From the NCBI GenBank assembly GCA_943788295.1, contig CALSPS010000004.1, forward strand, positions 224,540 through 288,539: DNA of 64,000 nucleotides, in the 5' to 3' direction. The position numbers and the translations under genes are program-made. The stretch comes from Candidatus Poseidoniaceae archaeon. GTDB taxonomy: Archaea; Thermoplasmatota; Poseidoniia; Poseidoniales; Poseidoniaceae. This document shows positions 55,737-64,000 of this stretch, in pieces (within the stretch, counting starts at the first letter, position 1; each line of letters starts with the position of its first letter). The notes beneath the pieces are model-generated. The model worked only from the letters and a program-made list of their open reading frames with translations. It had not been told where the DNA came from and did no database searches.

Positions 55737-57158
55737 ATGTTCACCAAAACCCGCTTCGACTCATGGGACCTACCAGCCGGCCTTTTGGACGGATTGGCAG
55801 CCCTCGAATGGACCCACGCAACTCAAGTCCAGAAAGACACCATTCCACTCGCCCGCCGTGGCCTCGATGTGATTGGCCAAGCCCGAACCGGCTCAGGAAA
55901 AACCGCTGCCTTTGGACTGCCTATTCTAGAGCGATGCAGCCCGACAGGCTCTCTTCAAGCGTTGATCCTAACCCCTACGCGTGAACTTGCGAACCAGGTG
56001 GCTCAAGAATTTGAATCGCTCCAAGGCGAAAGTGGCCTTTCCATTCAGACCGTATACGGTGGAACTGATTTGGAAAAGCAAGCTCGAACCCTCGGCGACG
56101 GTGTCGACATTATCGTTGGAACACCCGGTCGAGTGATGGACATGAGCGAACGGGGTCACATTGACCTCACTTCACCTTCCTTGTTTTGCCTCGATGAGGC
56201 GGACCGCATGTTGGACATGGGATTCTTCCCGGACATCATGTGGGTGATTGAGCGCATGACAGGGCGAGAACAAACCCTCCTCTTCTCAGCAACCTTCCCA
56301 CAGGAAATTATTGACACTGCAAACGAATTCATGAACGAACCCGAGTTCGTCTTGACCAACACTGAGGAATTGGACATACCACCAATCGACATGTACAGCG
56401 TTCGAATTGGCCGCGCCAACAAACTCTGGGTGCTTGGACGACTTCTTGCTGGCATGAACGATGAAGATCAAACCATCATTTTCTGCAACACCAAGCGCAT
56501 GGTGGACTTGGCTGTCCAACGCCTCTCCAAGCATGGGTTCTCAGTTGAAGGCCTGCATGGCGATTTGAGCCAGAACCAAAGAGAAAAGATCCTTGGACGG
56601 TTCAAAGCTGAGGAAATCAAGACCATTGTTGCCACCGACGTCGCAGCCCGTGGAATTGACGTGGACGGAATCACCCTCGTCGTCAACTATGATCTCCCAG
56701 TCGACTTGGATTCTTTTGTCCACAGGGTTGGCCGCACAGGTCGTATTGGTCGTAAGGGTGAGGCTTGGAGTTTGGTCTCACGGGACGACGCTCCACAACT
56801 TTCCAAGATCATGGCCACCTACGGATTGGACATCATCGAATCCGAACCTCCGGCTTTGCCAGAAGGTATGGACCGAGACCCGGTCAAGCGACAGGATGAT
56901 TTCGGCGAAACAGCGGACGTTTTTGGCTTTGTGACGCTCGAATTGAACATTGAGCCTACAGCAGCAGGTTCCTCAAGAAAGGTCTCCCAGTGGTTCACCG
57001 ATGCACTTCGTTGCAATGAGATGGCCATTGGCGATGTTCATTTCGAAGGCGAATCAACCTTCATCAGCATCCATACCAGCAAGGTTGGATTGGCCATCAA
57101 GGCGCTTCAAAAGAAAGAAATGTCTGGCCAACAAGTTGTTGCAACCATCGTTGAGTGA
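55737..57158 (+). CDS. DEAD-box RNA helicase (DeaD/CshA-like)
   Basis: Q-motif, ARTGSGKT, PTRELA, GTPGR, DEAD, SAT, ARGID and HRVGRTGR; DbpA-like C-terminal domain. Confidence 0.95.
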   Translation: MFTKTRFDSWDLPAGLLDGLAALEWTHATQVQKDTIPLARRGLDVIGQARTGSGKTAAFGLPILERCSPTGSLQALILTPTRELANQVAQEFESLQGESGLSIQTVYGGTDLEKQARTLGDGVDIIVGTPGRVMDMSERGHIDLTSPSLFCLDEADRMLDMGFFPDIMWVIERMTGREQTLLFSATFPQEIIDTANEFMNEPEFVLTNTEELDIPPIDMYSVRIGRANKLWVLGRLLAGMNDEDQTIIFCNTKRMVDLAVQRLSKHGFSVEGLHGDLSQNQREKILGRFKAEEIKTIVATDVAARGIDVDGITLVVNYDLPVDLDSFVHRVGRTGRIGRKGEAWSLVSRDDAPQLSKIMATYGLDIIESEPPALPEGMDRDPVKRQDDFGETADVFGFVTLELNIEPTAAGSSRKVSQWFTDALRCNEMAIGDVHFEGESTFISIHTSKVGLAIKALQKKEMSGQQVVATIVE

Positions 57159-57160
57159 AT

Positions 57161-58225
57161 TCACTCTTCTTCACTGGAGCGCTTCTTCCAAGATCCCTTT
57201 TTCTTAGATGCGTGCCTTGAAGTCGGAACTTTTGGCTCCAAGGATGCTTCAACCCCAACCGCGGCTTTTCTAGAGGGCCATAATCCGTTTTCATCAGGAC
57301 GCTGAACTTCGATGGCACCAACTCCAGCACACAGGATTCCGAGTGCAGATAGGGACCAAGCGTAACCAATCGCATCGTCCCATCGGTTTTGGGCTTGACC
57401 ACATTCGGACGATATGAGATCAAGGCTGTAGCAGGTGTCCAGCGTTGACTTTGCATCCATCGCTTCGGTGTTGCTGGTCACGTTGTACGCTGCTGAAGCG
57501 ATCAGCACAGCAGCCAGCATCAGCAATGCGATTTGGAGTTGGTTGGGTGCTCTGCGGATGGTCAATCGCCATTCGCCTGGTGTCCCATAGGATGCATCAA
57601 GTGTCCGTGCTGGTCCTCCAACCAGCCAAAACCAAGCCACCCACATGCCGACGAGGACAACCATGAATCCCCATTTGTACACCATTGTGTGCCATTCCCA
57701 CATGCCTGTTAAGCAAGCGGCATCGTTCGGCAGGGCTGCACAATCTTCGAGTGCAATCGGATAAAACACCACCAATCGCAGCAGGTTGAGCACATACACG
57801 ATGGCACACATTACGAGGATTGAACGGATCTTGAGTTTCTGAGGCACACCTTCAGTCATGGCGACCAGCGTGGAGAGGAAAATCATTTCATGGACGCCAG
57901 CGCATTCATCAGAAACATAGAGCGCTATGTGATCGAAAGTTCCTGGGAAATCAGGGTGGTTCAATTCAATTCTTGTCATCCACCCATTGTGCATTCCTAA
58001 TGTGGAAGCCCCCTCGCCATAGAGGAAATTGGTGATTGCGTTCCAAAGATAGGCTTCTGAAACTTGAATCGGAGCGAGGGTGTCCGAGGGCATGGTCAAG
58101 AACCAGTAAAACGCCTCAACGCAAAGCAAAGCGAGTGGGATGCGTGCATACCTCAATCCGAGTTGTGCCACTTCCGACCATTCCATATCGTCTGGCTTTT
58201 GCGACGATGTGGCGGTGGACACCAT
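57161..58225 (-). CDS. Exosortase/archaeosortase-family membrane transpeptidase with C-terminal extension
   Basis: VSDECAGVHEM (Cys), NLLRL (Arg) and WHT (His) in multi-TM context; start uncertain. Confidence 0.85.
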   Translation of the reverse strand: MVSTATSSQKPDDMEWSEVAQLGLRYARIPLALLCVEAFYWFLTMPSDTLAPIQVSEAYLWNAITNFLYGEGASTLGMHNGWMTRIELNHPDFPGTFDHIALYVSDECAGVHEMIFLSTLVAMTEGVPQKLKIRSILVMCAIVYVLNLLRLVVFYPIALEDCAALPNDAACLTGMWEWHTMVYKWGFMVVLVGMWVAWFWLVGGPARTLDASYGTPGEWRLTIRRAPNQLQIALLMLAAVLIASAAYNVTSNTEAMDAKSTLDTCYSLDLISSECGQAQNRWDDAIGYAWSLSALGILCAGVGAIEVQRPDENGLWPSRKAAVGVEASLEPKVPTSRHASKKKGSWKKRSSEEE

Positions 58226-58359
58226 GAACCGTGGTGTGTGTTCCTCCTCATCAACTTGCGGGCCAAAGGGCAACAAGAACACTCCATCAGAAGCAAATTG
58301 CCAAATTGGCGAAAGGTGCACTTCATACCAATGAACATACAGGGCCCTTTGTGGTCGAA

Positions 58360-58617
58360 GTGACGCAGTTGGGCACCGCTTCGTCGGTACAGCCAACACA
58401 CAGACTCAATGTCATAGGTTTTTTCTGTCCAATTCCCGTTGCTGAAGCAAAGAAAGCACTGGCCACAATGGGCCAAGGTCAAGTCCTCGAGTTGTGGGCA
58501 GATGATCCTGAAACATTGCATGATCTTCCAATGTTAATTGATCGGACACCTCATCATCTTCTTTCTATAGAAGAGGGCTCAGGAGAGTATCGTTTCCTTG
58601 TGGAGGTGGCAGCATGA
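58360..58617 (+). CDS. tusA: TusA/SirA-family sulfur carrier
   Basis: LNVIGFFCPIPV..KKAL..GQVLELWADDP; GTG start inferred. Confidence 0.88.
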   Translation: MTQLGTASSVQPTHRLNVIGFFCPIPVAEAKKALATMGQGQVLELWADDPETLHDLPMLIDRTPHHLLSIEEGSGEYRFLVEVAA

Positions 58618-59258
58618 CCCCACCAGTTGTGGAACGAAACTCAGTTCCAAGTGAAGCCAAGTTACCCACCGTGAGCGGTGAATTCAACATCCGTATTTTC
58701 CACGAAGCCGAGACTGGCCACGACCATGTGGCGCTCACTCTCGGGGACATGGGCGGGCCAGATCCCGTTCTTGTTCGCTTGCACTCCGAATGCCTCACTG
58801 GCGATGCATTTGGCAGCACACGTTGTGATTGTGGCCCCCAACTCCAAGCAGCGATGAACGCGGTCGTTGAGCGAGGGTATGGTTGCATTCTTTACCTGCG
58901 CCAAGAAGGAAGGGGCATCGGACTCCACGCCAAAATCCAAGCCTATCACCTCCAAGACAAAGGTGCAGACACCCTTGATGCCAACCTCATGTTGGGTCTT
59001 CCAGGTGATGGACGTGATTACAAAATCGCAGCCTCAATGCTCAAAGCGTTAAACATTCCAAGCATCGAATTGCTGTCGAACAATCCAGACAAAGCCGAAC
59101 AACTGCTCGAATACGGCATCGATGTGGCTGCACGAACCGCGTTGGTGGTTGGAGTGGGTCAAGAAAACCTGTTCTACCTTGAGACCAAGGTTGAACGAAT
59201 GGGCCACACCATCTCAGAAGCTGACCTTTCGACAGACAGGCCTGACAAGGATGAGTAA
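58614..59258 (+). CDS. ribA: GTP cyclohydrolase II
   Basis: VRLHSECLTGD..GS.RCDCG, YLRQEGRGIGL, D.RDY and LSNNPDK. Confidence 0.95.
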   Translation: MTPPVVERNSVPSEAKLPTVSGEFNIRIFHEAETGHDHVALTLGDMGGPDPVLVRLHSECLTGDAFGSTRCDCGPQLQAAMNAVVERGYGCILYLRQEGRGIGLHAKIQAYHLQDKGADTLDANLMLGLPGDGRDYKIAASMLKALNIPSIELLSNNPDKAEQLLEYGIDVAARTALVVGVGQENLFYLETKVERMGHTISEADLSTDRPDKDE

Positions 59259-59262
59259 AGAG

Positions 59263-59335
59263 GGCCGTGACCGAGAATCGAACTCGGGCTGGCAGAACCA
59301 CAATCTGCCGTGCTAACCCCTACACCATCACAGCC
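59263..59335 (-). tRNA. tRNA-His(GTG) with encoded G-1, CCA not encoded
   Basis: Reverse complement G-GCTGTGA...GCAGA-TTGTGGT-TCTGC...CCGAG-TTCGATT-CTCGG-TCACGGC-C. Confidence 0.93.
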
Positions 59336-59462
59336 ATGAGAGGTACTTCGCCGTCAAGCGCGTGGTATTTCAATGGTGCGTACAGCGCAACAGGTCGCTG
59401 ATGCCTTGCCATGCGAGCAGAGGACCCTTGCATTCAAGTGCATTCGGCCTTGTAGGCCTCAC

Positions 59463-61859
59463 ATGCGAACTCTAAGTGCGAACAAGTTCATTGCCAGCGG
59501 GCTGCTCTTGTTGTTTGTTTTGGCACCGCTATCCAGCGTTTCAGCACGTTCAGTGCATGAGACCACTGCTGTTGATGTGCTGCCTCAAGGTGATTTTGAG
59601 GATTCATCAGCATGGCATATGGATGCTTACACCTCGTTTTCTCAAGACCAAGCACTCTACACCGATGCCATGGTGGCGGACAGTCGCCTCACCATGGTTC
59701 ACGATCGGCCAGTCAATCTCGACACAATGGTGTTCTGGGCTCAATCCACACCGACCAATTCCAACAATTCGCTTTACGCACCCGATGGGGCCTATTCGTG
59801 GTCATCTGGACCTGAGATGGAATTAACAAATTTCTATGCTGCCGGCTCGACGCAATATGAGATTGAGCAGGTGAAGTTGGTGTTCGCTTTCGCAGTACCT
59901 CACACGTTGTCCCAAGACTCAGTGCGCTTCTCTGTCGAATACAACGGTAACTTCTCATCCCTTGCTACCTTTGCTCACACTCAGGCTCCCCTCGATCACA
60001 TGACCAATTATTGGAAGAAAGACATCAGCACACTCGATGCATGGACCTGGTCATCGTTGCAAGACCTCATTGTCACGGCGAATTATGAATCGGTTGGTTC
60101 GACCGATGATTCACAACTGAATTTGGATGCAGTTGGAGTCGAAGTCACCATGCAAACGCCATGGTACGGTGGGGAAGTGGCAGAAGCTTCCACCAGCTTC
60201 AGCGCACATGAAACTCCAGTCATTGTCCTTGATTTGACGGCTGGAGAATCCGACAACATGGGCTATGCAGCCTGTGGACTGCAAAGCAGCGTCGAGGGCA
60301 CCACCGGGCAATGGACGAGCAACGTCATTGAAACGCCTCCAAACCAACGCATCGGCCGCGTTCATTTTACACTCCAAAACGAATCCCTTGATGATGTGGT
60401 GTTGCATTACGCCTCCTCCGCAGATGGAACCTCCTTCACGGCGTTCGAAGCAATGGATGAGCACATGCTGCTGCCAAACCAGCCTTACAGCAAAGTACGG
60501 GTCACAACCACTGAGGCATGCATCAGTGAGATCACCGTTGATGTGAACGACCCAACATTAACACTGAACGGGCGAATCTTTGGCGATTTGGACGGGCTGG
60601 ATTCAAATTATTCCCGCTGGCTGTTGTTTGTCAACGATGAACTGGTCACCAATCAACCGGTCGAACTCTCTTCCTCACTCTCGCTTTCTTTCCCAGTTGG
60701 TGCGCACATTCACAACCCTACCGCCCCGCTTCTTGTGGAACTGAAAACATGGTTTACTTGGGATTCACAAGGTGGAGAAAGCACAACAGCGTTTGAAGTG
60801 ACTTCAATGACCATCACTGGTGGCTACAACATCACATGGGATGAGGATCCGACCTGTGTTGCCGTTGGCGATCAAACCATGATTGAAGACGGTGGAGGTC
60901 GAATTCTACCCTTCCTTCATCGGTGCGAAGACGACCGTACAGTCAATGAAAACCTCGTTGTTTCATTCACCAACACAAACCCGAACCTCGTCCTCGTTGA
61001 CCTTTCCCAAGGTGATGTTCGCGTTCGCTTGATGCCAGAGGTGTCCGGCTTTGCAACCGTGACGACGACCGTCCTTGACGAAGCAGGAAACGCTTGGTCA
61101 GAGGTGTTCATGATCACCGTGAGTTCGGTTGATGACGCTCCGACCCTTACCGAATTCCAGTCGATTATTCCTGTCCAATTGTCGGTGCCAACAACGCTTG
61201 ACTTTACCTACAGCGACATCGATTCGAACGAGTTGACCTCAAGCACCAATCGAAGTTGGGCCTCCGTCGATATGGCGGCCAGAACGATCACTGTGAACGC
61301 ACCATCGCCTGGGTTCCACTCTGTGCTCGTTTCGATTTGTGACCAAACAACCTGCACTGAACGCGCGATGGATTTGGAAGTGATGGCCCTCCCCGACCTC
61401 GTCATTGAAGCGATTGATGCTGGTGATGATGCCATTGTTGCAGGCGATGTAGCCGAAGTACGTGTCTTCGTCCGCAACAACGGACAAGCCGATGCATCCA
61501 TGATCTCCGTTCGCTGTGAAATGAATTCAGAACTGATTTCGATTGGCACATTACCAATTCTACGACCCGGCGAACTTGGCTCGGTGACATGCGACTGGGG
61601 CGTGCCGGAACAAACGGGCGTGGTGCAGATCCGTGCGGTTGTGGACCGTGGCTTGGAAATTGATGAAGGTGATGAAACCAACAACGAGGCAGCGATTGCA
61701 GTTGAGATCGAAGCCAGTCCATCCACGAACGGTGACTCTTCTTCGTCGTCAATCAACATCAGCGACGGTGCCTTCTATGGCCTGACCATTCTTGGCCTTC
61801 TAGCCATTGTTGGCGCATTTGCTTTCTTGTCTCCTGCCAAGATTAAGAAACTCGAATGA
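59463..61859 (+). CDS. Secreted surface protein with cadherin/Ig-like repeats, CARDB and C-terminal TM
   Basis: Signal peptide; ITVSSVDDAP, YSDIDS, LPDLVI..VRNNG..IDEGDETNN; Ser-rich linker, TM and KIKK. Confidence 0.85.
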   Translation: MRTLSANKFIASGLLLLFVLAPLSSVSARSVHETTAVDVLPQGDFEDSSAWHMDAYTSFSQDQALYTDAMVADSRLTMVHDRPVNLDTMVFWAQSTPTNSNNSLYAPDGAYSWSSGPEMELTNFYAAGSTQYEIEQVKLVFAFAVPHTLSQDSVRFSVEYNGNFSSLATFAHTQAPLDHMTNYWKKDISTLDAWTWSSLQDLIVTANYESVGSTDDSQLNLDAVGVEVTMQTPWYGGEVAEASTSFSAHETPVIVLDLTAGESDNMGYAACGLQSSVEGTTGQWTSNVIETPPNQRIGRVHFTLQNESLDDVVLHYASSADGTSFTAFEAMDEHMLLPNQPYSKVRVTTTEACISEITVDVNDPTLTLNGRIFGDLDGLDSNYSRWLLFVNDELVTNQPVELSSSLSLSFPVGAHIHNPTAPLLVELKTWFTWDSQGGESTTAFEVTSMTITGGYNITWDEDPTCVAVGDQTMIEDGGGRILPFLHRCEDDRTVNENLVVSFTNTNPNLVLVDLSQGDVRVRLMPEVSGFATVTTTVLDEAGNAWSEVFMITVSSVDDAPTLTEFQSIIPVQLSVPTTLDFTYSDIDSNELTSSTNRSWASVDMAARTITVNAPSPGFHSVLVSICDQTTCTERAMDLEVMALPDLVIEAIDAGDDAIVAGDVAEVRVFVRNNGQADASMISVRCEMNSELISIGTLPILRPGELGSVTCDWGVPEQTGVVQIRAVVDRGLEIDEGDETNNEAAIAVEIEASPSTNGDSSSSSINISDGAFYGLTILGLLAIVGAFAFLSPAKIKKLE

Positions 61860-61976
61860 ACGGTCCAAACAACCGCTCTGATGACGGATAACGCGAAAAG
61901 TGGCCTCAAACTTGATAATGGGACCGTCTCACAAAAATTTGCTTTGAGGTCGTGGGGACCGTTCAACTTCGGTTGA
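61857..61976. repeat. Nested inverted repeats plus UUCG hairpin in a convergent intergenic region
   Basis: TGAACGGTCC (61857-66)/GGACCGTTCA (61956-65); CCTCAAA (61904-10)/TTTGAGG (61943-49); TCAAC-TTCG-GTTGA (61963-76). Confidence 0.5.
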
Positions 61977-62083
61977 CAAGGCGGATGTGGGAATCATGTC
62001 AGTATTGAAAATAAGAATAGAAACCGAGGAGTACATTTACGAAGAATACATCGAAGCGTGATGTCAATCACGCAAAGTTGGTG

Positions 62084-63052
62084 TCACTCAGGTGACTTCC
62101 AACGTCGAGGGTAGAGATCGCCATCCATGAGCACCATGCTCGGGCGTGCGATTTCGCCTTCTTTCATCGATGGGATTTCGTCCGTGTTCGTTGTAAGGGT
62201 CACGACGCCGACCGCCTCATTTTTGAGGGTTTGAACGTAGATCTCCTTGCCTGACGCAACGCCAGATGCGATGTTGACGAGGCCCGGGCGCAGCAAAGGT
62301 GCTCCGTGGGCAAGTGCTGCAGCTGCGCTGTCTTTCACGGTAGCAGACGGCAAATCCAACAGCAACTTTTCGATTGGATGAATGATTTTGAGCAAGGCTT
62401 CAGGAGCATCGCACTCTTTCCAAAGCCAGACTGCATCAGCCAGTTCTTGCAAAGTCACGCAATCTTCGAGGGCAAACACTCCAGAGGAATCACGGCGCAG
62501 TTCTTTGAGTTGAACTTTCATGTTGAGAAGGAGACCAAGGTCTCTTGCCATGGTACGAATGTAGGTTCCTGCCTCACAATGGACTCGGGCGATCATATCC
62601 TTGCCGGAGGAATCAAGAGGTTCAAACTGGAAGATTTTTCTGGTTCGCACCTGAACCTTGACCGCTGAAACTTCTGGTGGAACGTTGTAGACCCTTCCGG
62701 TCAACCTCGCCATTGCTTCACTGAGCGCTTTAGGATCGACTTCTTCAGCAAACCGAAACACACAGATGTATGACTTCTTGTGGTTGAGGATTTTCTTGGT
62801 GACCTTCATTGCTTTTCCAGCCATGAGGGGGAGCACACCTGTGGCAAAAGGATCCAGTGTCCCTCCATGGCCCATTCGCTCAAGACCAAACAAATCCCTT
62901 GCCCATGCTGCGACTTGGTGAGACGTAGGGCCTGCTGGCTTGTCGAGCAGAATAAAACCGGCGGCTAAGCGTTGCTCGACATCCCTTGCGTCGGGGTGAA
63001 TTCCAACTGCTTCATTCGTGGTTGCGCTGTTGTCGAGAAGATGATGTGTCAT
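62084..63052 (-). CDS. cbf5: RNA-guided pseudouridine synthase Cbf5 (TruB family) with PUA domain
   Basis: DKPAGPTSHQV, GHGGTLDP, PPEVSAVK, CEAGTYIR, ELRR and YPRRWK. Confidence 0.95.
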   Translation of the reverse strand: MTHHLLDNSATTNEAVGIHPDARDVEQRLAAGFILLDKPAGPTSHQVAAWARDLFGLERMGHGGTLDPFATGVLPLMAGKAMKVTKKILNHKKSYICVFRFAEEVDPKALSEAMARLTGRVYNVPPEVSAVKVQVRTRKIFQFEPLDSSGKDMIARVHCEAGTYIRTMARDLGLLLNMKVQLKELRRDSSGVFALEDCVTLQELADAVWLWKECDAPEALLKIIHPIEKLLLDLPSATVKDSAAAALAHGAPLLRPGLVNIASGVASGKEIYVQTLKNEAVGVVTLTTNTDEIPSMKEGEIARPSMVLMDGDLYPRRWKSPE

Positions 63053-63588
63053 AGAGAAGCCTCCAATTTTTGAATCACTGCAGAGAGCACTTGTTCCCTG
63101 CTGAGAGTTGTTGCATCGAGTACTATGGTATAGGGTTCGCGCTGTTCAGGCAAGAGACCGTACAACTCCATGAATCGCTCTGCGTCGACCGCAGTTCGCA
63201 TTTCATTGGCGTGCAGGGCCTCTTCCAGAGTGCATTGCTCCCGTGCCACGACTCGGTTGGCTCGTTCTTGGTCGTCGACCTCGAGCCAGAGGCGGACGCA
63301 ATCAAGATCAAGCTTGTAGGCCCACCATCCCGAAAGGCGAGATTCCACAATGTCCTCCGCATCGTTCAGTGACATACGTTCCTGCAAAAGGGCATCGAGT
63401 TGGCGATCAACATCTAAATCGCTCTTGCATAATTCTCCAAACTCCGCGAGGCTCAGACCACGTCGCTTCGCCTCTTGACGAAACACTTCACCGCCATTGA
63501 GCGAGGTCCAACCAAAATGGTCCATAAGGCCGTTTACGAGGGTGCTCGTTCCGCTTCCTGGATGGCCAGAGACCGTGATCTTGACCAT
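63049..63588 (-). CDS. cmk: Cytidylate kinase (archaeal type)
   Basis: ITVSGHPGSGTST, GEVFRQEA, VDRQLD and ESRLSGW; upstream of cbf5. Confidence 0.9.
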   Translation of the reverse strand: MVKITVSGHPGSGTSTLVNGLMDHFGWTSLNGGEVFRQEAKRRGLSLAEFGELCKSDLDVDRQLDALLQERMSLNDAEDIVESRLSGWWAYKLDLDCVRLWLEVDDQERANRVVAREQCTLEEALHANEMRTAVDAERFMELYGLLPEQREPYTIVLDATTLSREQVLSAVIQKLEASL

Positions 63589-63590
63589 GC

Positions 63591-64000
63591 TTACACCCAT
63601 TCGTGGCGGCAGACATCGCAACGTTTGGTGCGTGGCCCTAAGGTTGAAATCATGTCCATCCCACATTCTGGGCATTCTTTCGCCGCAGTGTTGCTGCTGG
63701 CTTTCGGAGTGCTTTCAACTTCAGAGGATGCTTCCTCAGTGTTTGATTTGCTGGCTTTCCGGTTTGAGTTTTGACGCTGACTTCGTTGCTGCCGTCTGCG
63801 GGCATCGGCGCTTTTGGTCTTGTTTTGACCAGCGACCAAGTGCAAAAGTGGTTCCTTGATGGTTTCACCTGACTTCACCATTGGATGGGATCGGTATCGG
63901 AACAATTTGATGTGACGGTCAACAACTCGACCAAGCGGTGCACTCATGCAAATGTAGGTGCAAATCCATGCTGGGAAAAAGAGAAATTTGTCTTCAAGAA
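63591..64000 (-). CDS. 3' part of a probable EMC3/TMCO1 (DUF106) membrane protein with C-terminal Zn ribbon; 5' end lies beyond the window
   Basis: Frame is open to the window edge: ...LFFPAWICTYICMSAPLGRVV resembles the last TM of DUF106. Position upstream of cmk-cbf5 fits archaeal synteny. Tail has CPECG...CDVC. Confidence 0.6.
   Translation of the reverse strand, partial: LEDKFLFFPAWICTYICMSAPLGRVVDRHIKLFRYRSHPMVKSGETIKEPLLHLVAGQNKTKSADARRRQQRSQRQNSNRKASKSNTEEASSEVESTPKASSNTAAKECPECGMDMISTLGPRTKRCDVCRHEWV

Noticed and set aside
58226-58359. Possible FMN or Moco riboswitch upstream of tusA-ribA
   Set aside because: Only short weak stems; the conserved riboswitch sequences are absent.
63550-63580. 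Cmk P-loop lacking Lys (GSGTST)
   Set aside because: GSGT(T/S)T is a common variant in archaeal cytidylate kinases and is not evidence of inactivation.
1-64000. CRISPR arrays, transposases, prophage or defence systems
   Set aside because: No spaced direct-repeat arrays or recognisable mobile or defence genes found by eye.

Overview
Core-genome segment of an archaeon, most likely Marine Group II (Ca. Poseidoniales, Thermoplasmatota). The assignment is inferred from gene content. Archaeal information-processing genes (rpS3ae, proteasome beta, aCPSF1/FttA, RpoL, EF-1beta, Cbf5, TruD, TrpRS, AsnRS, SepF-ZPR1) are interleaved with bacterial-type metabolic genes (thyA-folA, plsC, sodN-sodX, ribA, AmpG-like MFS) and very large membrane-anchored surface proteins. 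I find about 60 CDS, three tRNAs (Pro-TGG, Lys-CTT, His-GTG) and the RNase P RNA. Several features are absent from or incomplete in the ORF track: a partial arylsulfotransferase with TSP3 repeats at the left edge, two small Zn-finger genes, and a partial EMC3/DUF106-like gene at the right edge. No CRISPR, prophage or IS element was seen. The best candidates for undescribed biology are: (i) an H-type pseudoknot covering the Shine-Dalgarno of a DEAD-box RNA helicase; (ii) two giant surface proteins sharing a colinear ~750-aa stalk but with different N-terminal heads, near an exosortase/archaeosortase; (iii) a thioredoxin-VKOR-HxH disulfide-formation cluster; (iv) tetraloop-capped intergenic RNA structures; (v) apparent pseudoenzymes (PdaD-like, GT2-like); and (vi) unusual fusions (ectodomain-AmpG, S3ae-SAP, EMC3-Zn ribbon). 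All family calls come from motif recognition by eye; no database search or folding computation was run, and most start codons are my best choice among alternatives.
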